Shown: positions 23,864 through 36,968 of the stretch, piece after piece | How the letters are laid out: every line of letters starts with the position of its first letter | Position numbering within the stretch: the stretch's first letter is position 1 | NCBI GenBank assembly: GCA_010015805.1 | Contig: ML978122.1 | Coordinates: 2,142,453-2,206,452 of the forward strand | Direction: 5' to 3' | Source: Rhizodiscina lignyota | Lineage: Eukaryota | DNA length: 64,000 nt | Position numbers and translations under genes: made by a program | Notes under the pieces: generated by a model | Told to the model about the DNA's origin: nothing | Database searches by the model: none | What the model saw: only the letters and a program-made list of their open reading frames with translations

Positions 23864-24268
23864 GTGATCTGCATGGGCAGGAGTATTTTGGAGTACCCTG
23901 ATGGAATCTAAAGATGAGGCGTCTGGTACCAGTTCATCTAAGTGGATCTAGTGAGCGATTTGCCTTGGTTACCTTTGATGAACAGAGCGCCTGGATCAAA
24001 AGTCATTTGCGTATAGATATGCTGCATTGGTGGTAGTCTCTAATTCAATTCTATGAGGAACATTGTGTTGGACACTCTTAAACCGCGAGGCTCTGAAATC
24101 TCACCATGTCCCAGGCCCCATGAGAACACTCCTGCAGTCATCGAACGCATCGTTGGAGCATGCGTACAATTTCGCTCAGCCTCTCTGTAACCAAGCTCAC
24201 ACAGAGTTCGAAAGCGCGCTTCTCTTTCATCCTCGCTTCCGATAATTACATCTCGCGCTAGGTATAAT

Positions 24269-25000
24269 TTAGATCTTTAGCTCCGACTTCTTCAGTTCCT
24301 CTTCGATCGGAGCCTTCAGCGACTCTGGCTTCGTTGTGCTCGCCCACCTGCCGATAACCTTGCCATCCTTGTTGATCAAAAACTTCTCGAAGTTCCACTT
24401 TATCCTCTTCAAGCCCATAAGACCCGGCTTCTCGCTCTTCATCCACTCCCACACCGGCTCCGCCTTGTCGCCGTTGACGTCCGTCTTCCCTAAGACCGGG
24501 AAGCTGACGCCGTAGTTAACCATGCAGAAGTTCTGGATGTCATCGTTGGAGCCGGGGTCCTGCCCGCCGAACTGGTTGCAGGGGAAGCCGATGATCTCGA
24601 AGGAGTCCGGGTGGCTAGGCTTTAGCTCTTTGTACAGCTTCTCGAGGCCTTCGAATTGTGGGGTGAAGCCGCATTTCGAGGCGGTGTTGACGACGAGGAC
24701 GACTTTGCCTTTGAGCTCGGCGAGGGGGTAGGGTTCGCCTTTCTCTGTGGCGGGGCGTCTAGTTAGCCGGACGGAGTACAAACAGCTGTAGTGTCAGGAT
24801 CGCCACTTACTATCGAAAGGCTTGAATTCGTAAAAGCTCGTCGCGGACGCCATGCTGATTATCGTATGTGATTGTATACGTCTACTATCGATCGTGGACC
24901 AAGTATTGAGGAAAGGACGCGATTTAGTGATACCGTTTGCTAGCTGCGGTTGCGACGGAATACGAATAGCTGCTTGGAATAAGGAGCGCGAAGCTTGCAT
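24269..25000 (-). CDS. Cys-type glutathione peroxidase (Gpx3/Hyr1-like) with N-terminal extension
   Basis: VVNTASKCGFTPQ (TGC codon), GFPCNQFGGQDP, IKWNFEKFL. Intron 24810-24745. In-frame ATGs at 25000 and 24853. Confidence 0.95.
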
Positions 25001-26090
25001 TTATTGCTGTGGAGGGGGGATGGTGTGAGGATGGGTCATAATAATATGGAGCATGTTACAAATGCCTGCCGGGCTGGATCTGGAGCATTGCATGTGTCGC
25101 AACTGTCCGTGTCCGACCAATGGTCTTCAGTCGCATTGAAACCGAGGAATGACGTCGCCTCGAGATGGACTAAGGGACGAGCGTTCGGCCGGATGCATTT
25201 CCGGATATCCCATTGGAACGGAGGGATTTCAGCGGCGAAGTCGTTTGCTCGTTTGCCATCGTGCGAGTACGAAGCGCTTCTTGGACGAAAGTCTCGATAC
25301 GAAAGCTTAGATGATTGATACGAAAGGAGACGAAACGTTGACTCTGAATCATAGAGATGGGCAGGAGATTTGTCGCTAAACTCGGTTCAACCCAAATCCA
25401 TGTCGCCCAAGACATGAGCGATGGAAGAGAATAGTGCCTGTTGAGCCAGTTCTTCGCATTTGTAGAAAATAATTACCTTGTTGATAATCAGTACAAAATA
25501 CCTTGGACTGTCCGTTGATGGCAATATACTCGATGAGATTATCGAGTGGGCGGTACGAAGGGCAACAGGTGGGCGTCGTCTTCGTTTTAAAGCTGCTCAA
25601 TCACCGTGCTTTAGAAATCAGTCATCCAATTCGCCGTTGAAGACCGGTGAAGGCCGCTCCAGAAAGCCTGCAGCGCGTCGAAATTATGTCAGATCTCTGA
25701 ATCTGAAACGAGAGACATCACTTAAAGTTTGTTCAGAGTAATTGAATTTCAATGTGTTGCGTTACCGATGACTTGAACGGCGCACACCTCTATTGGCTAT
25801 CGTACCTTTGTGCGATAGGCGACTTGCTCGCCGACGTGTACGGAGATCGAGTACCAAAATATTTGAAGAACTGGCTTGTCTCTTGGAGACAAGACTTTCG
25901 AAGTGCTGGAATGCTTCCAGCAAGTGCAGCTATGCCTTTGGCTGTGCTGAGATATCTCCCGGTAGCATATTCCGTGCCACCATTTGCAACTCCCGACTCC
26001 AGCAAAATCCCCTAACTGCAATGCATCGTTCGCCCATGGTGTGGTTCCCACAAAATGCTCTACAACACCAGCCATCTGAATAGGTCGAGC

Positions 26091-29000
26091 TCAATCCCAA
26101 CCGCTTTCGTCATCGTCATCTGCGCTCGACTTGCTACCACTCCTCTTCCTTGGACGACCCGAGCCCTTCTTCGAGGGAGTCTTCTTAATCTTAGGCCGCT
26201 TTGGCGTGCTTCCTGCACCGACACTGCCCTTCCGCTTCTTGCCTCGTCCACCAGCGCTCACACCAGCCTGGCCGTCTTCGTCCTCGCTCGGCGTTTCGTA
26301 TCCTCCTGCAGCCTTCATGATTTCGTCTTCATCATCCTCGCTGGCTACCCGGAGTTCGTTGTCCACCGCCAGCAGCTCCGCAAGCGCACGGCATGTGGAG
26401 ACATCCGCGTCGGAGGTGTCAGAAGCAAGCTTATCGACGAGGTTCGCGACCCGGTCAACGAATTTGTCGCCAGTGACGAAGGGAACTTTGCTGGGTGCCT
26501 TATTGGGATCTTTGGCGGGCGCTTTGGGTTTGCTAAATGCGCCGTTTGCTGCCGCAGCAGAAGGCTGGGTCTGTTTCTGAAGACCCCAAAGACGGCGAAG
26601 GAAAGTGCGCGTTTCCCAGATGATCATGAGTATTGTCGATGCGGTAGCCAGCTGTCGCAGCCGAGCTGGATCAATGTCATCAGCACCTTGACTCTGCATT
26701 ATGTGCGCTTGAACGTTGCCGACCATGATCGTATCGGGAGGTTGATCGAGTTTTTGAGCTTGGCTGGACTCCTCAAGCTTCATTTTTAGGACGTCGGTCT
26801 CAATGGCGTGGGCGACAGTCGTGCCGGTTCCAGTAACAATCTTCTCCAGGGCCAAAATGAGAGGTAGCAGCTCATCGAGGCGAACGTAGTCGAAGAATGC
26901 CAGGTTCTCCATGCAGAAGCGCGTAAAGAGCACATGCTCGGACATATCACCTTGGGCAACTGCAAGCTTCGGAAGCTCAAAGTTGCACTTGGCGCTAATG
27001 TTGCTAAGGAATCGCTTCCGCACTTTACTACTTCCCATCTTCAGAACTTCAAAGGTTGACTGAAGTTTCGATGCGTACGGCTGGGTAGTGATGCCACCGG
27101 GTGACTGCAGGACGTCCCTCTGGTACTGGAATGCCTGGTAGACGGCCTTCATGTACTCTTTCTCAAACATAGTCTCATGCTTTTGATGCAAGTTCCTATG
27201 TTCTTGGAAAGCGATGTTGGCAATCATGGCATTGCTCGATGTTTCTAGCGCAACGAGGGCGGCTCCGCATTCCTTTGGATGTACCAGGCCTTGCTTGTTG
27301 ATGCTTGCAATGACGTGAGTAGCTGTGAGCGCGAGTTCGTCCGGTTTCGATAGCGCAATCTTCAGGATGTGCGGAAGGAATTGTTGAGCAAGTCCAGTCG
27401 ACGCACCATCGTTGTCAGTACCAATGAGCGATCCACCCAAACGTTCAGAGCCATGAACTTCACCCTCTCCAACCTTGATTGCAGCTCCAGATTCTGATCG
27501 TTTTTCTTCCTGGGCGAAGAACTCCCGGAACCCGGAGAGAATAATTTGTTCTAGCCGACGATCCTCGTTCATGAATGGAAACCGCAGCGCACTGTACACA
27601 TCTTTCCGTAAGAACTGTTTAGGGAAGGCTTGACAAATGAGACCAACGGACTCCAAGGCGGTCTCGCGTAGAACTGATGGTTGCTTCTGATGTGTGAATG
27701 GTAAGACGATATCGACCATGAGTGCAGCAACAGACTTTCCTTTGAACCATGGGAAGTGCTCCTGGAACCGAGCAAGATCGTTCTCGAAATTGCACGTTCT
27801 GCCGAAATAGCCGACGATCGTAATCAGGCGTCTGAGTCTCGCAATCTGTTGCTGGTCATGCCCTGTATCAGCGTCCTTCACTGCGTTAATCTGTTTGAGT
27901 ACCGAAATGACCACGTTGGCAAGGCGAAAGGTATTCTTTAGCACGCCGTCCATAATCCAGAGGCAAGATGCCAGTTCATCCAGTTCTGCTTTGGATGCTT
28001 TGGTAATGGCCCCAAACAGCGCATCTTGTACTTCTTTGAGAAAATTATGCTGTAGGCTCGACAATGAAGGGAAGACCAAGCGAAAAATGGTGACGACGTG
28101 CCGGAAGACATTCAAGTCGACTGTTGTCTTGATGTTCTTGATATAAGGCTTTAGAAGTTCCAATTGTTGTGCCGTGAAGAGCTTTGGGCTGGCCTTGGCA
28201 AACACTGTGAGGGTCTGCAGGAGCTGCACCTGAGGCGCATTGTTGGGCCCGCCGTCATTGTCCACGATCATGTCAAACATGAGAGCGATCATTGCTTTGC
28301 AGACTTTGAAATTGGCTACAGTTTGCTTTGAGTCATTTGAAAGCGCCCTCTGCAAGAGACCATCAAGGACCGCAAGCACGCCTTCGCCGCGCTGCAGAGT
28401 CTGTGCGATGAGCGAAACCTGCTTTTGCAATGCCAGGCGGGACTGCAGCGGAGCGTCATCGCCAAAGGACACGCCATAGAAAGGTGCAAACCAGATGTCC
28501 TCAATAATCTGGCGAGCAAGATCTGCGACGCTCTGCTCTTGATCTTGAATATGTTTAAGCACGGCATCAGCAATCTGCGATTTGATATCGATTTCATCGT
28601 TGTGCAGATATATGTCTTTCAAGAGCTTCATCACTCGCTTGCGGACTGGAGTGGCCGTGTCATTTATTCGAGTAATGATGCGTTTCCACACTCGCTGTTC
28701 CAATGAGGGTCGAAGCGAGAGGCATTTGCCAAGGATGTCCAGTGCAGAATCTCGCACAAGAGACGAGCGGTCCTCTGTGCATTTCAACACTTGATTCAAG
28801 ACCATGTTTGTTCTGTCAAGGATGGATGCATCTTTCTCCAGAAGCTGCGTGACACTCTTCAGACTCCTGCTCTTTAGAGTCGCATGGTCGCTAGTCATGT
28901 TCGTCAAGAGTGTTGTGAATATGTGACCGAGAGCTTTGCAGAATGGGAGATTCAGCGTTGTGACGGCCGCTGCAAGTCGGCCTTGTGATGCAGAGACACT

Positions 29001-31715
29001 CTCAAATTCGTATTCGCGATCCAACCAGTTTGGGTCTGCCACAGCATTGTGTAGCTGCAGGATAAGGTCTTTCTCCAGCGGGGGCTCGTTATCATCCAAG
29101 CCTTCCTTTGACTCGAAAAGCTGCATGGTGCTTTTCGCCCATTGGGTCAGGTGGAAGCCCTTCGCACTTTGCAATTGAGCATCGTCCACATCTGAGTGCT
29201 GCAGATACTCTAATGCCATTCGCCATGGTCCGTCGAATTCTACGAAATCCATGTCAGTTTGCTTCTCCTCGAGCAAGTCCTCAGCAAGTTGGACGAGTTT
29301 TGCAGATATATTGGATTCGCTGATGTCGACGGTTCTCAATGCATTTCTTGCATAGATTTGAAGGTCAGATATACCGGAACCAATCAAGCCCATCAGGTCG
29401 AGAGCCATGTTTTTAGCAGGCACTGGGGTCTTGTCTCCCTGTAACAGAGAATTCATGTGTAATAGAAGCATGTAGAGAAGCGCCTCTGCGGCAGGCCAGT
29501 CCGGCCTGCCAAGGACATTGAGAAAGTCTTCTGTGAAGATGTCCAATAAGTTGCGATATGGTTGATCGCCGGTTTTTGTGGAGGTGAGTGCCCGTTGAAC
29601 AAGGAAATTGACCACGTAGCGAGCGCTCTTAGTTGCACTGTCGTACAGAGGTTGCACAGCTTCCTTGAGTTCTTGTAATGCCTGGTCCAAGTCGATATTG
29701 TGAGCCTCATCAAGGGACCGCACTGCAATGCCTCGGGCAGGCGAGGTAGCCTCCTCATTTTCATATTCAGCTCCATTTTCTGGACCCTCCAGGGATGTTG
29801 AACTCGTAAGATGCCTCGCTCTAAAGGAAGAAGTTGCGCAGGTTTGGACTAGACGCATTAGGAGTGCCGAGACCAATTGGATGGGTTTTCCATCTGGTAG
29901 TTTGAACTGCCTGGCACTTTGTCTCGTCACAGGGAGCTTCTCGAGCGAGGTCAGGATCTCGTCGAAAATGAAAGTGCGTTGATCGTCATATCGAGCGAAT
30001 ATCTTCGCTATGACATCCATAGCAACGAGGCGTAGTGATTCAAACCGCTGAATGCCGACTGCAGAATCCTTTTCGGAATGCGCATTTTCGACGAAGATGA
30101 GCTCTTTTGCGAGGAACTCAACAGAAGTGATAGCACTTTCCGAGACGTCAACTTTGGTTAAGAATTCCCCAAGCAGTTTCAGCACTCGAGCAGAAACCAG
30201 GAACAAAGCCCCGACAGGTTTGCGGTTAGCCGAAAGTGTTGCAAATGCTTCCTTATTGCTATCAGAGTTGCGCGTTTCGACAGTCCGAACGACAAACATC
30301 TCCACGATATATTTGAGTCCATTGATGGCCTGAGAGACTAAATCTTCGGAGTACAACTCCTTCTCATCTCGCCCTGCGGTCATGATTCGCAGCAGCAGAC
30401 GAACTGATTGGAGGCGACTCTCTGCAGTTTCGACTCGTTGCACCCACTCCTCGGCATCTGACTCGCTCCAATCTGACCCGATTGTTAGACTGATAGATTC
30501 GAGGGTGCCTACAGCATGCTCGCATAGCTTTTGTATCCGTGTGAGGTCTTCGACTGAGATCTCTGAAAAACGTTTGGATGAGATGACGTTTTGCACAAGA
30601 GTTGAGAGCTTTGATTGCATATGAGGTGACAGAATCGGGGCATCGCTGTCAGGGACTTGACCAAATTCGAAATAATGGGCGACTTCACTGGGGAGAGCGC
30701 CTGAAGTATCAGGCTCGAGCTGATCTTCAGCTTCGATGATGTCGATCAGCTGTTCCTGCAGTGCTTGTACAGCCGAGTCGGACTTGGCGCGTTGATCAAT
30801 GCTCAATGAAAGCACCTCGCTGTCGGTCTGGGGCCGCTTTTTGGACAATCCATCTCCTGATTGAGCCTTTGCGTCGATGTCAGGGAACTCTTGATAGTCG
30901 GAATGCTGAGAGCTCTGCGGCAACGCAGGTATGACAACTGCTGTGCCTCCTGGGGAGACTTGCGGGCCTGCTGGAGGGGCGTAGCCGTTACTACTTGCAG
31001 AGAGTCGCGCATTCTGCTGAAAGATCGCAGCATTTCGTGCCTGAAGTTCATTCTGCCGCTTTAGATCTTGCTTTGCAGTTGTGGGCTGTGGTGGCCGCTT
31101 CGTACTGGTGGGAATGGGTGATTCAGGCGTAGGATACCTGAACGGTATTGTGGTATTGTTCAGCACCATCCTAGCAAATGGGCTTAGGTTGTGCTGCGAC
31201 GCATGTAAGATACCGTTCGATAGATGTAGCGACTTGGAGGAGGAGGGAGGCTGGAAATGCTTCGGCCGTGGAAAGTCGAAAGTCGTCAACTCCTTCGCTT
31301 GTAACAATTGTTGTAGGTCTTGCAAAGATCTCTGCAGCCGGACGGACGTTGGCTCTAGGGAGGCCTCCTGATTCAACAATTCCAGGCCCTTCCGAGAAGC
31401 CTGTCGTTCGTCTCGGTCACTGAAGGCTGTAGATAATGTTGGAGGGCCGGCCGAGGGGTAGGGAATAATATCTGTGGGTTGAAATGTCAGTCGAAGAAGG
31501 AAGAGAGACGAATGAAGTATAAGGTAGCAGCCTAAGAGGAGTAACCTGCTGCCAAACGGAGTGACATGGCAAACCCACGAGGGCCTTCACTAACCGGGAG
31601 AGAAAGGTACAATGGAGCTAAGAGGAGAGTAGGGGAGCGCTTCATCTACTGTGGGAGCTCGAACCCTGCCTCCTGCTCCATGGGGATGTGTCATGCCCCC
31701 AGATTGCCTATCCAT
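26091..31715 (-). CDS. SCC2: Cohesin loader Scc2/Mis4 (NIPBL family), 2 exons
   Basis: Exon 1 MDRQ...PTVDEALPYSPLSSIVPFSP, intron 31594-31472. HEAT-repeat body with FIFDEILTSLEKLP, LDIFTEDF..VL..PDWPAAE, VRKRVMKLLKDIY, QGLVHPKEC. Basic C-terminus. Confidence 0.95.
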
Positions 31716-31898
31716 CTTTCACTGCAGCTCCCTATCGTACAGAAAGTGAATTTAAGGAGGGTGCCTGAGGATCGTTCATGGCGCATCGGAAAGCAGCATG
31801 AGAGTGACGCGCTAGTGTTGGATCACAGGCGCCAAGCCGCGGAGTGAATGAGTCGATTGAGTGTTGCGACTGCATATACGATGCAAGTTTGAAGTGAA

Positions 31899-31978
31899 AA
31901 GACGCGTAAAGGCAACGCTCTCGTATACGGCGCTGCTCTTCGTTGAACTCACGTTCGCCGCGGATGCCAAGACGCGTA
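31899..31978. promoter_or_regulatory. Two MCB boxes (ACGCGT) upstream of SCC2
   Basis: AAGACGCGTA occurs twice (ACGCGT at 31902-31907 and 31972-31977), with ACGCG partial sites nearby. Confidence 0.6.
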
Positions 31979-32709
31979 CGATATACGGAGTAGGTAAGGC
32001 TGCACTTAGACGCGGTCGGCTAAGCGCGCGCCTCTAGAACACGTTTAGCCGCAAACTGGCATCGCCGTTTTCGCACGGCCGATGAGCCTTTTCACCAATC
32101 TTGCCCGTGCGCAACGTTAAACCTAAAACGCTCTAGCGTAGAAGCCTCTGATGAAATGAGATGGCTTTTCACTACGAAAATAGCTATATTTATACTCGAA
32201 TAGCTATTTTCACAACTTCTTAACGAGCTGCAGGCTCTCGACACGGCCAACATTGATGAGATCTATCACATTCACTTTACGATAGGATAATGGTATCGAA
32301 ACCAGTTGGTCACATGTAATGCTTTCGCTTCACGCCACTCAATGCAGATTTCCACCGCCATCGAAGGATTTCTAGTTCAGCACATCGTACTCACTCCAAT
32401 TGTTCATGTGAATCCAACTACCAAAGCTAGACTTTTGCTTTATTTGGTTTGGCGTACCTTTAGCTGCAGTCTGTGCATTTTTTGTTGATGAGGAGCCATC
32501 ATAACGGTGGTGAGGGGGAGAGCCTGTGAAGCATGATCCCATTTGCAAACAGTTATGACCAAGCGAGGCCAATTGGTCTCCCATCATGAGTCGTTTGAGG
32601 GAGGCCTGAGCCCATTAAAAGAACGTAGGTTATGCATCCAGGATTTTGTTCTTTTTGCTCCTTCCCCTTTTCCGCCAGCACAAAGTAGAACAGCGGCCCT
32701 AATACAGTC

Positions 32710-33994
32710 ATGGCATACTTGGCTATCTTGTCACTCCTCTCCCTAGCAGCTGGCGCCGCTGCGCAGTTGCAGCTCAGCACCATAGAGCAATGCTCTACGA
32801 TTATGGGAAGCGAACCACCAAACGGTTTTCTTTCGACTCGCTACGTCGACACCGTGACCGAGAAATGGTATCCGAAGACCGTCGTGCAAACATTGCAAGA
32901 TACGGTATTCCGTACGCGGCGGCCCACTACGGTAACTTCAGAAATTGCGGCAACAGAGACCGCAAGTACGACTGGAGATTCGTCTATGGGTACGCTCACC
33001 GCCACGGCATTTTTCGAGCGAACGGTATATGTAACGAAGACATCGACGATTACGGGCCCTACAGCTACGCGGGCCGTAAGAACCACTACTACAACAACTG
33101 CTCCGACGCCAGGTGGTTTCTTTCCAGTTCTCGATACCATGGATCAACTTATAATTGGGCGGTCTCTCAAGGCTCCGGACTTTGAAATCGAGGCTGTCGA
33201 GTCTCCGATATTGGAAGGGCCACGTATCAAAGGGGGCTCTTCGAAATATTTGCGCCCTTCTCCTCATCTCCCGAGACAGGTATCGGTCAGAGCTGGAATT
33301 GCGGCGTCATACCCTGTATCCGTTGAATGTAAGCCAAAGTTCTCATTTTGTGGCGAGAGCAATTTGGTTTGGATTAATACATGACGCAGGTAGGAGAATC
33401 ATTATCGCTCAAAGGTTAACCGTTACGACAAGATCTCTACCAATCACCACAATCATGCGAGATGGCAAAACTGAAACACAGTATACTACGAGGTCGGCGA
33501 GAGTCCTTGCGAAATTCGTGTCTCACGGGTGGAATGTCATGACGCATACTCAAACCTCGACAATCACCAAGACCACGACCGAAATCACCACTTTCACTCC
33601 CAGAACCACGCAGACAGTCACGCGAACGCGAACTGCATACGCAGCTTGTAACTCGGATAACTTCCTCGGTCCATTGCCCGACGGCCAGGCCATCTCAAAT
33701 GTCTTCAACAACGGACCCATCAATGCCACAGCATCTGTTGCTTCACCTGGGGACTCAGCACTTGATTGCTGCAACCAGTGTTTCGCATCCGACATCTGCG
33801 AAGGTAGCATTTTCTTGCCGAATGGGGCAGGTGCACAAGTTGGTGTTTGCCTCAGGCTTCAACGAAGTGGTGATACGTGCAACTTCGTGCAGAACGACGC
33901 GTATTACGAGTATAGTGATAGTGGGGAAAGCTACGTGGTATCAAATGGTCCGTGTGGGTATCTTTACAATAATGGGCGTGAAAGTGGCATATAA
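32710..33994 (+). CDS. Secreted Thr-rich protein with C-terminal Cys-rich (Apple/PAN-like) domain
   Basis: Signal peptide MAYLAILSLLSLAAGAAA, Thr-rich tracts, intron 33329-33389, YAAC...DCCNQC...C...C...C...VVSNGPCG. Confidence 0.82.
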
Positions 33995-34321
33995 TGTCAA
34001 GCCGCCAACTTGAAAGCGGCTTTCAGTAGGCATGGATTTTATTGCACGGTTTCGCTAAGATTAACGAGCCCTTTCTTTACCTTAAACTTCATGTACGTAT
34101 GCAGTTAAATAGAGCAGTAGCACTTTTGTCTTATCTTTAGTATGAAATGAATTCACTACTGTTCAGAACCGGCCGTGCTTGTTTGTTGATAGCCAATAGA
34201 CGGAGCCGATGAGCTCCTGACGTCTGCGAAGTTATACCATTTGAGATAGGCGTTCGAAGGGCCCTGCAAGAGATCTTTCCCAGCCACCCCCTGATTTCAC
34301 CAGTTGCGACGCTCCTGTGGC

Positions 34322-36275
34322 TTACACGATAGTTATTCTGCGCTCTCTAGCCTTTTCAAATATCTCTCGGTCCATTTCCGCGAGACCAATCCTTTCGTAG
34401 ACATCTACAGAGATGCTTGTAAGGAGGAGAGCCCAGGTGAGATTATTCCGCACATCCAACACGGACGGTGCGAATGGCCGAAAACCCACGTCGACGTCGA
34501 AAACCGAGAGAGCGTGAACTGAGCCAGATGTCTCTTGAAGCCCACAGTCAAGCACTGCGCAACCAGTGGTAACACCCTCACTATCCAATAAACGCATCGT
34601 GCTCTTTCGCCAGCTTCGAGCGGCTACTGTCCTGTCTTCTGGGATGCCTTGGACTGGTACAGTTCGACCTGTAAGCTCAAGGTGCCCTGATTTGATCGGG
34701 CCGTAAGGGGACAGTATTGGATCTGTCACCGATACAACATTGCTCACGCGTGGTTGCCCGTCCCAGCCGCTTTCAAAGTCAATATCAGCAGTAACGGAAG
34801 CCCAAGACCATGAAGGTGCTCTCCATGTTTTGGGCTTATGGAGAGGTTGACCTCCAGTCCAAAGAAGGCCTGTGGCAATATCATTCTCCCATAGGCCGGC
34901 AATGTATGCGTCTTTTCTGCGTTCGCCAAACACTCTTGCAAGTCCCGAGATGGCAGCCAATGTGTCTTCTTCCTTTGTCAGACTCCTCTTAGAAAATTGC
35001 TCTATCAGACGGTACCAAGTTGAAAACTCTGTCGAAGTCATCGGCAAGCGCTTCCCAAGTTGATCATACTCTTTCCACGACATGGACCTGAGCTGCTTGA
35101 AATAGCCGCTGGTCAGATTGCCATCGAATCTACTGAGAGACGTATGGTCCTGCCGGTCAGATTCTTGCCATATTGTGCTCTGGCATTCCCAGAGTCGCTG
35201 CGTTCGGCCAAAGTGAATGATGTGAGGGGATAACACGCGCTCCTGTAACGTCCATCCGCGCTTGTTCAGTGGGCCATTGGCAACTTCAGCCTCAAAATCA
35301 TCCGGCCTGAATTTGCTGATCCAGAATTCCCCAGATTCAATCTCATCTGCGTCGAAATATGGCATACACACTGTCGTGCCAGCATCTCGGTGCAGAAGGA
35401 GCCCAGTATCACCCGAGACTGCCGCAGCTGCAGAAAGGGTAATGACGGCATTACTGTAGACATCCGCCATCGACGCTGATTCAGACAGCCAATCTTGCTC
35501 TGAGTCTTGAATGATACAAAGCGAATCTATCCAAATGTAATCAAATTTAAGCGTTGCTGTCATTGCCGCTGCCTCTTGAAAAGTCCGGCACATTTGGGAG
35601 AGGGGAATCTCCCGTTGATGGAGGTGATAGTTTGCCTGGGTAGTCTGCGTGATAACCGCGCCACCCCATCGATGAGAGAGTGCAACATATAATCCGCTCT
35701 CCCCGTGCGTTTCGATCAGCTTCGGATTCTCTCCTTCTCGTAACCTCGATACATCAAGGAGCCGACGTGGGAGAGGCCGCAGGGTGTTGTGATATACTCC
35801 AGGGTCGTCCTTGTCAAAGTGGCAAAAAGGATGCTCCATATCGCACCTGGCGAGCCATTTCTCAATCCTGATAGTGTCCTTAGGCGAGAAGACGGGTCGG
35901 CCATGAATATACTTTGCTGAAGGGCTATCTGGGAACAGTTAGTATTTCCGTGAGTGACGTTAACGGATTATTTGGAAACGGACTCTCTTCGGCGAAAACA
36001 TGAAATGAAGCACTGAGGCTAGTATCAACCGTGACCGTGAACGCATGGACACCGCCTTGTGGTGGGGGATAGATCGAATCCCACATGAAGGCCAGGGTGA
36101 CTGATGTGTCATCGTCGCTGCTGTACTTTGAGAAGAATTTGCTGTCTACGATAAAAGCGCACAAGCTACATTGAGCTTTTGATATATGTAATTTTGCAAC
36201 CGTTGACTTGACACTTTGTCCTGCATCATTGAACGTAGGTATTCTCAAGGCCAGACAGTCACTACATAGAGCCAT
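34322..36275 (-). CDS. HET-domain heterokaryon-incompatibility-type protein, 2 exons
   Basis: N-terminal CxxC pairs; LPRRLLDV, YVALSHRWG, YIWIDSLCIIQD, MADVYSNA, RGWTLQE, RAPSWSWAS. Intron 35983-35929. Confidence 0.92.
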
Positions 36276-36826
36276 TGATAACTGACTCCGGTTGCGATGA
36301 TGCCAAGTCTGTGTTACCAGCGAATACTGAAAATTGCAATTCGATAAATCAGCTGGAGTGGTTTGAGTTAATAGAGGTCAATTCACAAGCCAGGAAGTAC
36401 ATCGTCGATGCGACATAGTGTAAGAAGAAAAGTGCGGATGGCTTGACTGATGAGCAGCCTCAGCACCAGATGGAATGGAGTCCAAATACTTGCTCTCCAG
36501 GTAGAGCCAGATATGGGAAATGCTGAATCTGCGACAGGGATCGATGTATTCCCAGAGCCTTTGAAGACAATCGTAGTTTGAATCGTGTTAGACAGCCTTT
36601 AAACAAACGTCACCAACCTAAGGATTGTAGATCGAATATGTCATCCGGCGTGCCGTATTCGTTTTTGCAAGAGCAACGCTCAGAGATGTTCTCTGCAACG
36701 AATGGCGTCTTCTCGCAATGAAACTCAGAAACTAGGAAGTTTGAAGCTCATCATCAAGCCAGCCTGGCCATTGCACTGGTGAGAGGAGCCGTCGCGACAT
36801 TTTTTAGCGCCCTCGTCTGCCCCGCA

Positions 36827-36863
36827 ACGCGTCTTCACAGCGACGCGAACGCGCCACACGCGC
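36827..36863. promoter_or_regulatory. MCB-like cluster upstream of the GCP4-like gene
   Basis: ACGCGT at 36827-36832 plus ACGCGA/ACGCGC at 36843, 36849 and 36858. Confidence 0.5.
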
Positions 36864-36968
36864 TAACTGAATTGGACAGTCCACAATCGTCTTAGCCCAC
36901 TTCAACAACCGAGACATGTGTCGCTTCGAGCTGTTCAGCCTTCTTCTTCTATATCTAGAAGAGCTGAA

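Noticed and set aside
24660..24700. Selenocysteine in the glutathione peroxidase (prompted by the UCA-like loop at 42757)
   Set aside because: The catalytic codon is TGC (Cys) and no in-frame TGA was seen in any gene model here.
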